The notes below the pieces were generated by a model. That model worked only from the letters and a program-made list of their open reading frames with translations. It made no database searches and was not told the DNA's origin. The position numbers and the translations under genes were made by a program. A DNA stretch of 64,000 nt from an uncultured cyanobacterium (GTDB lineage Bacteria; Cyanobacteriota; Cyanobacteriia; PCC-6307; Cyanobiaceae): assembly GCA_963765575.1 (NCBI GenBank), contig CAVXWZ010000008.1, forward strand, positions 32,001 to 96,000, in the 5' to 3' direction. Positions 43,228 to 54,147 of this stretch are shown here, piece by piece (the first letter of the stretch is position 1; each line of letters starts with the position of its first letter).

Positions 43228-43914
43228 ATGCCGTCCCCAGAACCGCCGTTGTCGCCAGCCCCCCTCCTGAAGATCTGCGGTCTGCGCGACCAGGGGCAGG
43301 CACGGGCGGTGGCAGCGCTGGGGGCCGATGCCATCGGCGTGATTGGCGTGGCGGGTTCACCCCGCTATGTGCCCCCCGGCGACCGCGGGGCCCTGTTCGC
43401 TGCCGTGCACGCTGGGGCGCCGGATTGCCAGGGGGTGCTGGTGGTGGCCGATCCCCAGGCCGATCAGCTGGCGGAGCTGGACCCGGCCCGTGGGCACCAG
43501 GTGATTCAGCTGCACGGCTCGGAGGACCCCGAGACCTGCCAACGGCTGCGCCAGCGGCTGGACTGCACCGTATGGAAGGCGTTGCGGCTGCGCAGCCCGG
43601 ATGACCTGCAGCGAGCCGAGGCCTATGCCGAGGCTGTTGACGCCCTGCTGCTGGATGCCTGGCTGCCGGGGCAGCTGGGGGGCACGGGTCAGGCGATTCC
43701 CCTGGACTGGCTTGAGGGCTGGAGCAGTCCCCTGCCCTGGTGGCTCGCCGGAGGCGTGCGGGCCGCGCGCGTGGCCGGATTGCTGGGCCGGGTGCATCCC
43801 ACCGGCCTGGATGCCTCCAGCTCCGTGGAGCGCAGCCCAGGCGACAAGGATCTGGAGCTGGTCAGCCAGCTGGTGGCTGCGCTGCCAGGCCGGTCTGGAG
43901 TCGGACCGGCCTAG
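43228..43914 (+). CDS. trpF: Phosphoribosylanthranilate isomerase
   Basis: KICGL, QLHGSE, GGTG, DASSSVE..PGDKD. Confidence 0.9.
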   Translation: MPSPEPPLSPAPLLKICGLRDQGQARAVAALGADAIGVIGVAGSPRYVPPGDRGALFAAVHAGAPDCQGVLVVADPQADQLAELDPARGHQVIQLHGSEDPETCQRLRQRLDCTVWKALRLRSPDDLQRAEAYAEAVDALLLDAWLPGQLGGTGQAIPLDWLEGWSSPLPWWLAGGVRAARVAGLLGRVHPTGLDASSSVERSPGDKDLELVSQLVAALPGRSGVGPA

Positions 43915-43985
43915 ACAGCACCAGCTGGCCTAGGCAACACCAGCGCTGGGCTTCAGAAGGGTTGGCTTTGCAGACCGATTGGAGC

Positions 43986-44729
43986 TCAGGTGGCGAGCAG
44001 GGCTTCCTGATGCCTCACCAGCTCAAAGAATTCAGCCTTGAGGCTGGAATCGGTGCGGAAATCTCCGCGGACGACAGAATTCATCATGCTGGTTTGGGGC
44101 TCTTTAACACCGCGCCACTTCATGCAGTAGTGCTGAGCTTTCAGCAGAATGGCCAGGCCCTGGGGTTCGCAGAGGCGCTCGATTTCATCGGCAAGAATCA
44201 TGACGGCCTCCTCCTGGATGTGGGGCCTCGAAAACACCCAGTCGGCCACACGGGTGAATTTGGACAGTCCGATCACCCGGGCGCCAGGCTTGATGCCGAT
44301 CCAGCAGTTTCCCAGAATCGGAACCAGATGATGCGAGCAGGCGGACCGTACCGAGATGGGTCCAACGGTGTAGATCTCATCCAGCTTCTTGACGTTGGGG
44401 AAGCTGGCGATTTTGGGCTGATGGTGGTAACGACCCTTGAACACCTCGTGGAGGTACATGCGCGCTACGCGCTCGGCGGTCTCTTCGGTGTTGTGATCGT
44501 TGTCGATGTCGATCACGAGGCTGCGCAGCAGCTCACGCACCTTGCCGGCAACCTCGATTTCCAGCTGATCGAGATCACCCTCCTGCAAATGGTGGGCAAT
44601 GTTGTCGTTGGCGAGATAGGGCACTCCCGCAGCGTCCAACCGCTCGCGAATGCGCAGACTCACAGGCCGGGGACCTGCGTCGGGCGTGGCTTCAGCGGCG
44701 CTGAAAGTCGAGGGAATGGTGGACGTCAT
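43986..44729 (-). CDS. folE: GTP cyclohydrolase I
   Basis: SACSHHLVP, IGLSKF, HYCMKWRGV. Confidence 0.94.
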   Translation of the reverse strand: MTSTIPSTFSAAEATPDAGPRPVSLRIRERLDAAGVPYLANDNIAHHLQEGDLDQLEIEVAGKVRELLRSLVIDIDNDHNTEETAERVARMYLHEVFKGRYHHQPKIASFPNVKKLDEIYTVGPISVRSACSHHLVPILGNCWIGIKPGARVIGLSKFTRVADWVFSRPHIQEEAVMILADEIERLCEPQGLAILLKAQHYCMKWRGVKEPQTSMMNSVVRGDFRTDSSLKAEFFELVRHQEALLAT

Positions 44730-44737
44730 GGTTGAAC

Positions 44738-45448
44738 TCAGAGCGCGCCTGCGGCGGGCATGAGGGTAAGGTCTTCCACCACCTGAGTGGCGGGTTGCTG
44801 GGCGAGGAAGAGCAAGGCATCGGCAGCTCGACCCGGATCAAGCATGGCACGCCGATCAAAGGAACTGTCGACTGTTTCGGTATCCCAGAGTGGTGTATTC
44901 ACCGCACCGAGGGTGAGGGTGCTCACCCGGATGCCATGGCTGCGCTCTTCAACTGCCAGGCAGCGGCTGAGGGAGCTCAGGGCCGCCTTGCTGACGCAAT
45001 AGGCCCCCCAGTCGGGGAAGGCCTGGTGAGCGGCGTGACTGCTCACGTTGATGATCTGCCCGTGGCCCCGGGCCCGCAGGCCCGGAATCACGGCCTGGCA
45101 AACCTGGAATACAGCCGTGAGGTTGAGCTGCATCAGGGTCAGCCACTGGCTGAGGGGCATGGCCGCCAGGGCTCCGGTGTAGGCCATGCCGGCATTGTTG
45201 ATGACCACATCCGGCGTGCCCCCCTGCTGGGTGAGGGCCTCAACAGCCGGAGCGATGGCCTCGGGGTCGCTGAGGTCCACCCCACGGGTGTGGACGGGGC
45301 AGTCGCTGCTGGCCAGGTCGGCAGCGAGCAGATCGAGGTCACTCGACGGACGGGCCATCAGCATCAGCTGGTAGCCGGCTGCCGAGAAGCGACGGGCCGT
45401 GGCGGCACCGATGCCCCTTGAGGCTCCAGTGATCAGGACGGAGGGCAA
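44738..45448 (-). CDS. SDR-family oxidoreductase
   Basis: TGASRGIG, NNAG, YCVSK. Confidence 0.9.
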   Translation of the reverse strand: MPSVLITGASRGIGAATARRFSAAGYQLMLMARPSSDLDLLAADLASSDCPVHTRGVDLSDPEAIAPAVEALTQQGGTPDVVINNAGMAYTGALAAMPLSQWLTLMQLNLTAVFQVCQAVIPGLRARGHGQIINVSSHAAHQAFPDWGAYCVSKAALSSLSRCLAVEERSHGIRVSTLTLGAVNTPLWDTETVDSSFDRRAMLDPGRAADALLFLAQQPATQVVEDLTLMPAAGAL

Positions 45449-45505
45449 ACGGTACAGGGCGGACAGAAGGATCAGACCAAGGGCCGGGTGATCCCGATGG
45501 AAACC

Positions 45506-46495
45506 TTAAAAGGTGGGGGCCAGCTCTGTGGCGGGCTCCTCCAGGAACCGGCCGATGCGCCGGTATTTCTGGTAGCGAGCCTCGAGCAGGTCGGATGGGC
45601 TGTAGCGATCGAGTTGCTCGAGCTGCAGCAGCAGGGCCGTTTTGAGCGTGTCGGCAGCCTCCAGGGGCGCCCAGTGGTTGCCGCCGGAGGGCTCGCTCAG
45701 CACTTCATCCACGATCCCGAGCTGCAGCAGGTCGGAGCCGGTGATCTTCAGCGCTTCGGCCGCCACCGAGGCCTTGGCGGCATCGCGCCAGAGGATCGAG
45801 GCGCAGGCCTCAGGGCTGGCCACCGTGTACACGCTGTGCTCGAACATCAGCAGCCGGTCGGCGACGCCGATGCCCAGGGCACCGCCGGAGCCCCCTTCGC
45901 CGATCACCGTGGCCACAATCGGCACCCTCAGGCGGAACATCTCCCGCAGGTTCTTGGCGATGGCCTCACCCTGCCCCTGTTCCTCGGCCAGCACTCCGGC
46001 GTAGGCCCCGGGGGTGTCGATGAAGCTGAAGATCGGCAGCCCGAAGCGATCAGCGTGGTCCATCAGCCGCATCGCCTTGCGGTAGCCGCCGGGCGACGCC
46101 ATGCCGAAGTTGCGGGCCACGTTCTCCTTGGTGTCGCGGCCCTTCTGGTGGCCGAGGAGCATCACGCCACGATCGCCGATGCGGCCGATGCCCCCCACCA
46201 GCGCCTGGTCGTCGCCACCACAGCGGTCGCCGTGCAGTTCCACGAACTCATCGCAGATCACCTGGATGTAATCCAGGGTGCTCGGCCGCTGGGGATGGCG
46301 GGCCACCTGAATCTTCTGGGACGGACTGAGGGCTTCGAAGATCTCCTTGCGCCGCTTGGTGGCGAGGGTCTCGAGCTGCAGCAGCTGCTGGCTCACGTCC
46401 ACCTCCGAGTCCCGTGCCAGCTGACGGATCTGCTCGATCTGCTCCTCCAGTTCCACCAGAGGTTTTTCGAAGTCCAGCAGGGCGCGACGGGCCAT
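45506..46495 (-). CDS. accA: Acetyl-CoA carboxylase carboxyltransferase alpha
   Basis: [28 protein letters not shown]. Confidence 0.96.
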   Translation of the reverse strand: MARRALLDFEKPLVELEEQIEQIRQLARDSEVDVSQQLLQLETLATKRRKEIFEALSPSQKIQVARHPQRPSTLDYIQVICDEFVELHGDRCGGDDQALVGGIGRIGDRGVMLLGHQKGRDTKENVARNFGMASPGGYRKAMRLMDHADRFGLPIFSFIDTPGAYAGVLAEEQGQGEAIAKNLREMFRLRVPIVATVIGEGGSGGALGIGVADRLLMFEHSVYTVASPEACASILWRDAAKASVAAEALKITGSDLLQLGIVDEVLSEPSGGNHWAPLEAADTLKTALLLQLEQLDRYSPSDLLEARYQKYRRIGRFLEEPATELAPTF

Positions 46496-46538
46496 GGCGT
46501 GGAGGGGCGGCGAGGGAACGGTTGGGACTGGTGCCTGA

Positions 46539-47588
46539 TCAGGCGCTGGCCATGGCCGGAGCGGAACGGTCGGCCGGCTCCAGCTCCAGGGACCGGAAGC
46601 CATGGCGGATGGAGGCGGCACCGATGTGGTCCATGGCCTCAAGGGTGATGTTGTTGCGACCCCAGCTGAAATTGGTGTGAATCTGCTCGAAGTCGAGCAG
46701 GATTCCCTCGGCGAAACAGGCGAACATCTGGCGCTGGGGAACCGCCATCTCGGCCAGTTCCATCATCTGCCAGCCGATGTCCTGCCAGAACTCCACGATT
46801 CCACCCTTGAGCACGCGCACCCCGGGGGCTGACGCCTTGCTGTCGAGGTTCTTGGGGTAGCCGCCGTCGATCATCAGGCAGGGGTTGCGCAGCCGCTTGG
46901 TGTCGATCTCGAGGCTCTGGGGAAGGCTGGCCACCCACACCACCACGTCGGCCTCGGGCAGGGCCTCCTCGAGGCTGAGCACCTGGCCTTCGCCGAGGCT
47001 GGCATGCAGTTCGGCCAGGGGTTGGGGGCGACGGGCCACCAGCAGCAGCTCACCCACACCGCGGCGCTGCAACCAGCGGCAGACGGCGCTGCCGATGTCA
47101 CCGGTGGCTCCCACCACCGCGACCCGGGCCTGCTTCAGATCGATGCCGAGTTGCGGTGCGTTTGTTTCGACCTGCTGGCAGATCACCCAGGCGGTGTGGG
47201 TGTTGCCGGTCGTGAAGCGCTGCCAGTCGAGTTCAACGGCACTGACGCGCTGTTCCCGCAGCAAGTTCATGTCCTCGAAAATAATCGAGGTGAAGCCCCC
47301 CAGGGCCGTGATGTCGATGCCGGAGCGCTGGGCCAGCTCCATGGCCTTGAGCACCTTGCGCTTGGCGGTTTTGAAGCGGCGCAGCATCTCAGGAACGAAC
47401 ACCGAATCGATGTAGGCGCCCTTGATGGTCTGGCCGGTGCGGCTGGTGACCTCGATCCGTTCCACCAGCTGGGGCGGCGCGGCGCACCACATGTCGAGAT
47501 CGCCGTCGGCGAAGGCATCGAACCCCAGGGTGCGGGCCTTCAGGCGGGCCTCCTCAAAACTGGTGGAGTGACCGATCAGCCCGAACAT
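46539..47588 (-). CDS. aar: Acyl-ACP reductase
   Basis: [32 protein letters not shown]. Confidence 0.95.
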   Translation of the reverse strand: MFGLIGHSTSFEEARLKARTLGFDAFADGDLDMWCAAPPQLVERIEVTSRTGQTIKGAYIDSVFVPEMLRRFKTAKRKVLKAMELAQRSGIDITALGGFTSIIFEDMNLLREQRVSAVELDWQRFTTGNTHTAWVICQQVETNAPQLGIDLKQARVAVVGATGDIGSAVCRWLQRRGVGELLLVARRPQPLAELHASLGEGQVLSLEEALPEADVVVWVASLPQSLEIDTKRLRNPCLMIDGGYPKNLDSKASAPGVRVLKGGIVEFWQDIGWQMMELAEMAVPQRQMFACFAEGILLDFEQIHTNFSWGRNNITLEAMDHIGAASIRHGFRSLELEPADRSAPAMASA

Positions 47589-47665
47589 GCGGCAGGTTGG
47601 GAGGTGTGGCGGACGCTACATCCTCCCACGCATGCTTGGACGCTAGGGCCAGCCACGGCGAAGGC

Positions 47666-48418
47666 TCAGGCCGTCAGTGCGGCGGCCGCCATGCGGGCGA
47701 TCTCCCGGCTGCTGAGGCCGATATCCATCAGGGTTTCCTGATAGCAGCTCAGGAAATCAGCCATCAGGTCCTCCTGCTCCATGTGCAGCACGGCAGCGTC
47801 CTCGGACACCTGCTCCAGCATGCGGCGCACCAGGGGCAGATTGGCGCGGTTCGCTTCCATCAGCTCCTCCCGCACGGTTTCGAGATTGGCCTTCAGCCAC
47901 TCCTGGCCGTAGTTGAGGTGGGTGTACTCGTCCTTCACTACACCTTCGGTGATCCTGCGGGCGAAGGGATCGGCGACAGGGATATAGATGTGATAAGCGG
48001 AGATGGCGAAGGCCTCAATGAGGATGGCCTGGATCAGCAGACAGGTGGTCACCTTGCCTTCGGCCAGGGCCTTCTGGAAATTGTTGTGCAGCGGGGAGAA
48101 GAACTCCTTGGCAAAGGGCATGTCGGCGGTCACGCCGAGGTTGTTGGCGCAAGCGGTAAAGCCCTTTTTGTGCTTGAGCTCCATGCGCGCCAGGCGGGCC
48201 AGCTCGTCGGCCTGGTCGCTGAGCAGGGTGCCGAGGGCGATGTAGTTGTCGTGGGCCTCCTGTTCGCCCTCGATCACGATGGCATTGATGCGGCTGTAGG
48301 CGTCCTTGTAGCTGATGCTGCCGAAGTCGGGCAGACCGCCGTCCTCGCTCGCGGTGACGTCGGGGTGGAGTGCCTGGGGCTCAGGCGCGGTCTGGGTGTC
48401 GGAGGACAGCATCACCAT
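47666..48418 (-). CDS. ado: Aldehyde-deformylating oxygenase
   Basis: [28 protein letters not shown]. Confidence 0.96.
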   Translation of the reverse strand: MVMLSSDTQTAPEPQALHPDVTASEDGGLPDFGSISYKDAYSRINAIVIEGEQEAHDNYIALGTLLSDQADELARLARMELKHKKGFTACANNLGVTADMPFAKEFFSPLHNNFQKALAEGKVTTCLLIQAILIEAFAISAYHIYIPVADPFARRITEGVVKDEYTHLNYGQEWLKANLETVREELMEANRANLPLVRRMLEQVSEDAAVLHMEQEDLMADFLSCYQETLMDIGLSSREIARMAAAALTA

Positions 48419-48463
48419 GGGGAACGCGGCTTCGTGGACGAATAAGGGTGACTGTAACCAGCC

Positions 48464-49291
48464 TCATCCCGATTCAGGTCCAGGCGGAGTCGAGAGGGCC
48501 GTACCCGGAGGCCAGTCGCTGGCCAGCAGGTTCTCGAAGCGTTGGCGCCATCCCTGCAGCAGCCGCTCGGCCAGGGCACGGCCGAGCCCGGCGTCGGCGC
48601 CACGGGCATCACCCACCACACCGCTGCTGCTGAGGTCGCCCATCAACCAGGCGCTGGGGGCCGCCCCCTCCAGGCTCCAGCCCGCTGGGGGCGGTGGCAC
48701 CGGCTGGCCGTCGCAGGGTCGTTGGGGACCCACCAGCTCGGGCGCCAGATGCAGCATCAGGCTGGTTTCCGCCAGGGCGGCATGCAGGCCCCCCTGGCGT
48801 TCTGCCGTGGGCAGCAGCTCGGCGATCCCCTCGATGCCGCTCCAGAGGAAGCAGGGCAGCACCCCAAGGGCGGGCACCTGCACGCGCAGCTGGCGGGCGG
48901 CGGTCTGCAGCAGGGCGATCTGCCCCCCGTGGGCGTTGAACAGCACCAGCCGCTGGAAGCCGCAGTCGGCCAGTTGGCGGCCGACGCTGCACACCGTCTC
49001 GATCAGCAGGTTGGGCGGCAGGCTGAGGCTGCCCGCGAAGGACAGGTGCTCGGGGGAGAAGCCGATCGCCTGCAGGGGCAGGCGCCAGATCGGCTGGTGC
49101 TCCCCCAGCTCCTCGAGCACCGCATCCAGCAGCCGATCAGCGAACAGTCCGTCGGTGGCCAGGGGCAGCTGGGGGCCGTGCTGCTCCACCGCGCCCCAGG
49201 GCCACACCACGGTGCTGCCCCGGCGCCGGGCGGCCTCCTGCACCTGGGGCCAGGCGAGGTGGTCGAGGTGGCGCTGGGCCGGCATGGGCAT
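48464..49291 (-). CDS. Creatininase family protein
   Basis: GAVEQHGPQLPLATD, NAHGG, HAALAETS. Confidence 0.88.
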   Translation of the reverse strand: MPMPAQRHLDHLAWPQVQEAARRRGSTVVWPWGAVEQHGPQLPLATDGLFADRLLDAVLEELGEHQPIWRLPLQAIGFSPEHLSFAGSLSLPPNLLIETVCSVGRQLADCGFQRLVLFNAHGGQIALLQTAARQLRVQVPALGVLPCFLWSGIEGIAELLPTAERQGGLHAALAETSLMLHLAPELVGPQRPCDGQPVPPPPAGWSLEGAAPSAWLMGDLSSSGVVGDARGADAGLGRALAERLLQGWRQRFENLLASDWPPGTALSTPPGPESG

Positions 49292-49335
49292 CGGATCGAA
49301 TCCCTACAGTGTGGGGCTCCCAGCCCGAGGTGCAG

Positions 49336-50652
49336 ATGGCCGGATCCGGCAAGCAACCGCCCCCGTCCTCCGCCCGTCCCGTGCCCCCCGGTCGTCCCCT
49401 GCCCCCAGGTCCCGCCCGTCCTCCCGAGGCAACGGCGCCGGTGCGCAGGCCGCCCCAGGTGCTGATGATCAAGAAGGACGAGCCCCGCTCCGCCGAGGTG
49501 CCTTCCTCATCTGCGCACGAGCCCCAGCAGCCCCAGGCTGCGGCGCCCCCCGTGCGCGGCTCGGTCAGCCCCGTTTCGGGCCGCTCTGACACTGGCCGCT
49601 CTGACTCTGGCCGACCCGACGAGGAGCGTTTCGGCATGGGCGCGCTGGAGGGCCTGTCGATGGCCGACCTGCTTGGCCCCGAGCCCGGCCGTGGCCGCTC
49701 CCAGGATGGGCGCAAGGCTGGCGGCCCGTCCCCGGCGCCAGCGGCCCAGTCCCGCAGCGTCGATGACTTCGACTTCGATGAGGAGGCCTTCCTGGCCGCC
49801 CTTGATGAACAGGCCTTCGTGGGCAGCGCCGGCGAGGTGGTGCGCGGCACGGTGGTGGGCCTCGACGGCGACGGGGTCTATGTGGACATCGGTGGCAAGG
49901 CCCCCGGCTTCATGCCCAAGAAGGAGAGCGGGCTGGGGGTGATCAGCAACCTCAAGGAGCGCTTCCCCAGCGGTGTGGAGGTGGAGGTGCTCGTCACCCG
50001 GGAGCAGAACGCCGACGGCATGGTCACGGTGAGTGCCCGTGCCCTGGCCCTGCGCCAGAGCTGGGCCACGGTGCGGTCTCTGGAGAAGGAGGGCCGGGTG
50101 GTGCAGGTGAAGGTGACCGGTTTCAACCGCGGTGGTGTGACCTGCGATCTCGAAGGCCTGCGGGGGTTCGTGCCCCGCTCCCAGCTGATCGACGGCGCCA
50201 ACCATGAGTCCCTGGTGGGCCGCACCCTGGGGGTGACCTTCCTGGAGGTGAATTCCGAGACCAGCAAGCTGGTGCTCTCCGAGAAGAAGGCCGCCAGCGC
50301 CGCCCGCTTTGCCCAGCTGGAGGTGGGCCAGCTGGTGGAGGGCGTGGTGGTGTCGGTGAAGCCCTACGGCCTGTTCGTCGACCTGGGCGGCATCAGCGGC
50401 CTGCTGCACCAGAGCTGCATCACCGGCGGCCAGCTGCGCTCGCTGCGGGAGGTGTTCGACCAGGGCGATCGCCTCAAGGCCCTGATCACCGACCTGGATC
50501 CGGGCCGGGGTCGTATCGCTCTCAATACCGCCATGCTCGAAGGGGAGCCCGGTGAGCTGCTGGTGGATCGCCAGCGGGTGCTGGAGGAGGCGGGCGATCG
50601 GGCCCATCGCGCCCGCTCCCTGCTGCGCCAACAGGAGCAGCAGGCCGGATGA
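49336..50652 (+). CDS. Ribosomal protein S1 homolog (three S1 domains)
   Basis: VYVDIGGK, FNRGG..LRGFVP, KPYGLFVDLGG. Confidence 0.88.
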   Translation: MAGSGKQPPPSSARPVPPGRPLPPGPARPPEATAPVRRPPQVLMIKKDEPRSAEVPSSSAHEPQQPQAAAPPVRGSVSPVSGRSDTGRSDSGRPDEERFGMGALEGLSMADLLGPEPGRGRSQDGRKAGGPSPAPAAQSRSVDDFDFDEEAFLAALDEQAFVGSAGEVVRGTVVGLDGDGVYVDIGGKAPGFMPKKESGLGVISNLKERFPSGVEVEVLVTREQNADGMVTVSARALALRQSWATVRSLEKEGRVVQVKVTGFNRGGVTCDLEGLRGFVPRSQLIDGANHESLVGRTLGVTFLEVNSETSKLVLSEKKAASAARFAQLEVGQLVEGVVVSVKPYGLFVDLGGISGLLHQSCITGGQLRSLREVFDQGDRLKALITDLDPGRGRIALNTAMLEGEPGELLVDRQRVLEEAGDRAHRARSLLRQQEQQAG

Positions 50653-51578
50653 TCGCCACCCCGAACAGCAACTCCGGCGTCAGCGCCGCCAAGGGCCAGA
50701 ACCTGGCACCGGACTGGGAACTCGATTTCTATTCGCGGCCGATCCTCGAATCCGACGGCAAAAAACGCTGGGAGCTGCTGATCTGCTCCACCCCTGCCGT
50801 CGGCCCCGATGGGAGTCAGATGGGACCCGAGTTCCGCTGGCTGCGGGCCTGTCCCGCCACCAGCGTCAATTCGATCTGGCTGCGCGAGGCCCTCGAGCAG
50901 GCCCTGACCGAGGCCGCTGCTGCGGGCCTGGGGGTGCCGCGACGGCTGCGGTGCTGGCGGGCCTCGATGCGCACGATGGTGCAGCGCGCCGCTGAGGGCC
51001 TGGGCATGGAGCTGGTGCCCAGCCGCCGCACCTATTCCCTGGTGGGCTGGCTGCAGCAGCGGGAGCGGGAGGTGTATCCCACCGAAGCGGGATACCTGGC
51101 CGGCCCCCTGGCGCCACCTCCCACCGCGATCCGGCCGCTGCCCGTGCCCCTGCCGGAGGCGGCCCGTGGCCAGAGCTGGACCTGGGCCAGCCTGCCGCTC
51201 GCGGTGCTCGCCGAAGCTGGTGGCTGGGACGCGGCCTTCGCCGCCCTCGTGCCCCTGCCTGAGGGCGCCGATCCGGAGGCCCCGGTGCCCGGAATCCGCC
51301 TGTTCGGGGCCGGCCGGGCGTTGGCGATCGCCGGCTGGCTGGCCGGCCTCGAGCCGGTGCGGCTGGAGATTGATGGCGACAAGCTCGTGCTCGAAGCGGG
51401 CCTGGAAGATCGCTGGCTGTTGGGCAGCCTGGCCGGCGAGGAGGCCGAAGCCGCCGCGGCCGCTTTCGCCACGGCCCGCGACCAGGTGGGCGGCCTGCAG
51501 TTTCTGGCCGTGCAGGCCGGAGCGGACGACCAACGCTTTGAGGGGTTCTGGCTGCTGCGCGACCTCCCCGACGCCTGA
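50649..51578 (+). CDS. Tab2/Atab2 RNA-binding protein
   Basis: WELDFYSRPILESDGKKRWELLIC..FEGFWLL. Confidence 0.9.
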   Translation: MIATPNSNSGVSAAKGQNLAPDWELDFYSRPILESDGKKRWELLICSTPAVGPDGSQMGPEFRWLRACPATSVNSIWLREALEQALTEAAAAGLGVPRRLRCWRASMRTMVQRAAEGLGMELVPSRRTYSLVGWLQQREREVYPTEAGYLAGPLAPPPTAIRPLPVPLPEAARGQSWTWASLPLAVLAEAGGWDAAFAALVPLPEGADPEAPVPGIRLFGAGRALAIAGWLAGLEPVRLEIDGDKLVLEAGLEDRWLLGSLAGEEAEAAAAAFATARDQVGGLQFLAVQAGADDQRFEGFWLLRDLPDA

Positions 51579-51612
51579 TCCAGCCCCGTCCAGCCCTCCC
51601 TCCCTTCCCGCC

Positions 51613-52416
51613 ATGGCCGAGGCCATCGACCCCCCCTTCGATCGTCCCGATGTGGGCTTCAACGACCTGCCCGGCTGGACCTGGGTGGGTTGCTACGGGG
51701 GCTACTACCTCCAGGCCGATCTGCTCGCGGACTTCGAGCACGGGTTCTTCACCCGCCAGTGGCAGGGCCGCGAGCCGGAGGTGCTGGCCGGCTACCTCAG
51801 TGCCGGGGTCAGCGTGCACCGCCCCCGCCAGGTGCATGGCGCCGCGGTGCTGGCGGCCTCCCGGGCCCGCCCGGACCCCTGGCCCGAGGCCGATGGCCTC
51901 TGCAGTGATGCCGGCGGCCAGAGCCTGTGGGTGTGTGGTGCCGACTGCACGCCGGTGCTTCTGGCCGACCCGGTGCGCGGCGCCGTGGCGGCCTGCCATG
52001 CGGGTTGGCGCGGCGTCGCCGCACGCATCCTGGCGGTGGCGGTGCAGGCGCTGGAGGCGGCCGGCAGCCACCGCGACGACCTGCTCGTGGCCCTCGGCCC
52101 GGCCGTGAGCGGCGCCGCCTACCAGGTGGAGCGACCGGTCAGTGTCCAGGTGGCCAGCAGCATCGCCGCCTCTGCCGCCCCTGCCGCTCTGGCAGCCCTG
52201 CGGCAGGCCGGTGGTCTGCTGGACGACCCCGACCCCAGCCGGGATCGGCTCGACATCCGCACCGCCGCCCGTCTGCAGCTGCAGCAGCTGGGCGTGGCGG
52301 AGGATCGCATCAGTGTGTGCCCCCTGTGCACCGTCTCGCAGCCGGAGTTGTTCCACTCCTGGCGCCGTGATCAGGTGAAGGCGGTGCAGTGGAGCGGCAT
52401 CGTTTCCCAGGCCTGA
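51613..52416 (+). CDS. pgeF: PgeF/YfiH family protein
   Basis: HGFFTR, QVHG, ADCTPVL, HAGWRG, HSWRR. Confidence 0.88.
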   Translation: MAEAIDPPFDRPDVGFNDLPGWTWVGCYGGYYLQADLLADFEHGFFTRQWQGREPEVLAGYLSAGVSVHRPRQVHGAAVLAASRARPDPWPEADGLCSDAGGQSLWVCGADCTPVLLADPVRGAVAACHAGWRGVAARILAVAVQALEAAGSHRDDLLVALGPAVSGAAYQVERPVSVQVASSIAASAAPAALAALRQAGGLLDDPDPSRDRLDIRTAARLQLQQLGVAEDRISVCPLCTVSQPELFHSWRRDQVKAVQWSGIVSQA

Positions 52417-52434
52417 ACCGCTCCGGCCAGGCCC

Positions 52435-54132
52435 TCAGCCCGTCGGCCCCTGTGGCTGGTTCCAGAGCTCCAGCTGAACGGTGCCGGAGCTGGCCTCAGC
52501 CGCCCGGCGTCGCCGGCGGCCCGGGGGTGGCGTGGCTGGCCGGCGCTCCAGGGGGCGGCTGGGGCTGAACCAGCTGGCCAGATCACCCTGGGCCTGCTGG
52601 TCGAGCTGCTCCAGCGGCAGGGCGGCGGGAAACAGCTCCGGCGCCTGATCGCCGGCCCAGGCCACCGCCGCTCCTGCGATCCGTTCGGCGCCGAAGGGGG
52701 TGAGATCCGCGGGCAGGGGGCTGAAGCCGGGGCGACTCCAGCCCCGGCGCTGCTCCGCCAGCTCGGCTAGGCGCCGGCGCCTGGCGCTCTCGTAGTCGAG
52801 CAGGGGCCGGGGGTAGGCGGCCATCGGCGGCACGGCGCCCAGCTGGTCGTTGGTGAGCTGGGCCAGCTCCGGCAGCCAGCGGCGGATGAACACCCCCTGG
52901 GGATCGCAGCGATCCACCGCCACCTGGCCCGGGTGATAGATGCGGCTCCAGCCGCCGCTGCGGCCACCGGGCGCTGCCGTCACTCCCGCCTGCATGGCCC
53001 ACTGGTAGTGATCGATGCAGCAGTCGCCGTCGATCAGGTGGCGCATGTAATGCAGAGCGCCGTAGCGCCAGTCGATGCCGCAGAGGTTGGTGAGGAAGCT
53101 GGCGTGGATGGCCCGGCTGCGGAAATTGAGATCCAGCCAGCCGCCACCGGCCAGCAGGCAACGGGACGCCGCATCGACGATCGCAAAGCCGGTGTGGCCG
53201 CTCTGCCAGGCCCGGTACAGCTCCTCCTGCTCGGGATTGAGGCTGTTCTCCTGGCTGTAGCACTGCCACAGGGGCCTGAGTTCCAGCTGGGGCAGATAGC
53301 GGAACCGCTGGGCCATGCCGGCCCCCCAGCGCAGGCGGCTCACCAACTGGCGCCAGCTGCGCCGCTCGCTGGCGCTGCCCTGGCGCAACGCCGCGATCGT
53401 GTGCAGCACGCGGCGGTGGCTCAGCATCCCGAATTTCAGGTGTGGCCCCAGGCCAGTCGTGACCCGTGCCGATGGCTGGCTCAGCTGCCAGAAGTAGCGC
53501 GCGGCGGCCCCGCCGGCGCAGAACTCCGCCAGCCGCTCCAGGGCTGCTTCGCTGCCGGCGGCTGGGATCGGTTTGCCATCGGCCCTCAGGCCCAGGGCCG
53601 CCAGCGTCGGCAGCGTTGGCTCTGGACCCTGGCCCAGGATTTCCGGCGCCGGGGTTGCGATCCGACTCGGGGCGCTCAACGGCTCCAGGGCCATCTGGCC
53701 GTGCCAGTGCCGCCGGTAGTGGGGATAGGACACCAGCTCGGCGCAACCCCCGGGTGGCTCCAGCCAGCGCAGTGGGATGCCGGCCGCCGCCAGGCTGCGG
53801 CTCACCCGGGCGTCCCGCACCCGGCCCACGAGGCGTTCGGCGTCGATGTGGGCCACCACCCCGGCGGCTCCGCTCTGGCGCACCACCGCCTCCAGCACCG
53901 CCGCCGGCTCGCCGTGGCGCAGCAGCAGCCAGGAGCCACGGCGGCGCAGCTCGCCATCCAGGGCTCGTAGTCCCGCCAGCAGGAAGGCCACCCGGGCGGG
54001 GCCGGTCTCGGGATGGTGGAGCAGGTGGGGATCGAGGATGAACAGGGGCAGCACCGGCCCCCGCCGGCAGGCCTCGAGCAGGGCCGGATGGTCGTCGAGG
54101 CGCAGGTCACGCCGGAACCACAGCACCTGCAT
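52435..54132 (-). CDS. Cryptochrome/photolyase family protein with C-terminal extension
   Basis: WFRRDLRLDDH, GHTGFAIVDA, IDWR, DGD, DPQGVFIRRWLPEL. Confidence 0.88.
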   Translation of the reverse strand: MQVLWFRRDLRLDDHPALLEACRRGPVLPLFILDPHLLHHPETGPARVAFLLAGLRALDGELRRRGSWLLLRHGEPAAVLEAVVRQSGAAGVVAHIDAERLVGRVRDARVSRSLAAAGIPLRWLEPPGGCAELVSYPHYRRHWHGQMALEPLSAPSRIATPAPEILGQGPEPTLPTLAALGLRADGKPIPAAGSEAALERLAEFCAGGAAARYFWQLSQPSARVTTGLGPHLKFGMLSHRRVLHTIAALRQGSASERRSWRQLVSRLRWGAGMAQRFRYLPQLELRPLWQCYSQENSLNPEQEELYRAWQSGHTGFAIVDAASRCLLAGGGWLDLNFRSRAIHASFLTNLCGIDWRYGALHYMRHLIDGDCCIDHYQWAMQAGVTAAPGGRSGGWSRIYHPGQVAVDRCDPQGVFIRRWLPELAQLTNDQLGAVPPMAAYPRPLLDYESARRRRLAELAEQRRGWSRPGFSPLPADLTPFGAERIAGAAVAWAGDQAPELFPAALPLEQLDQQAQGDLASWFSPSRPLERRPATPPPGRRRRRAAEASSGTVQLELWNQPQGPTG

Positions 54133-54147
54133 GCCTGTGGGTGTTGC

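Noticed and set aside
43908..43945. 19-bp imperfect tandem repeat at the trpF stop
   Set aside because: Only two copies (16/19 identical); probably local slippage.
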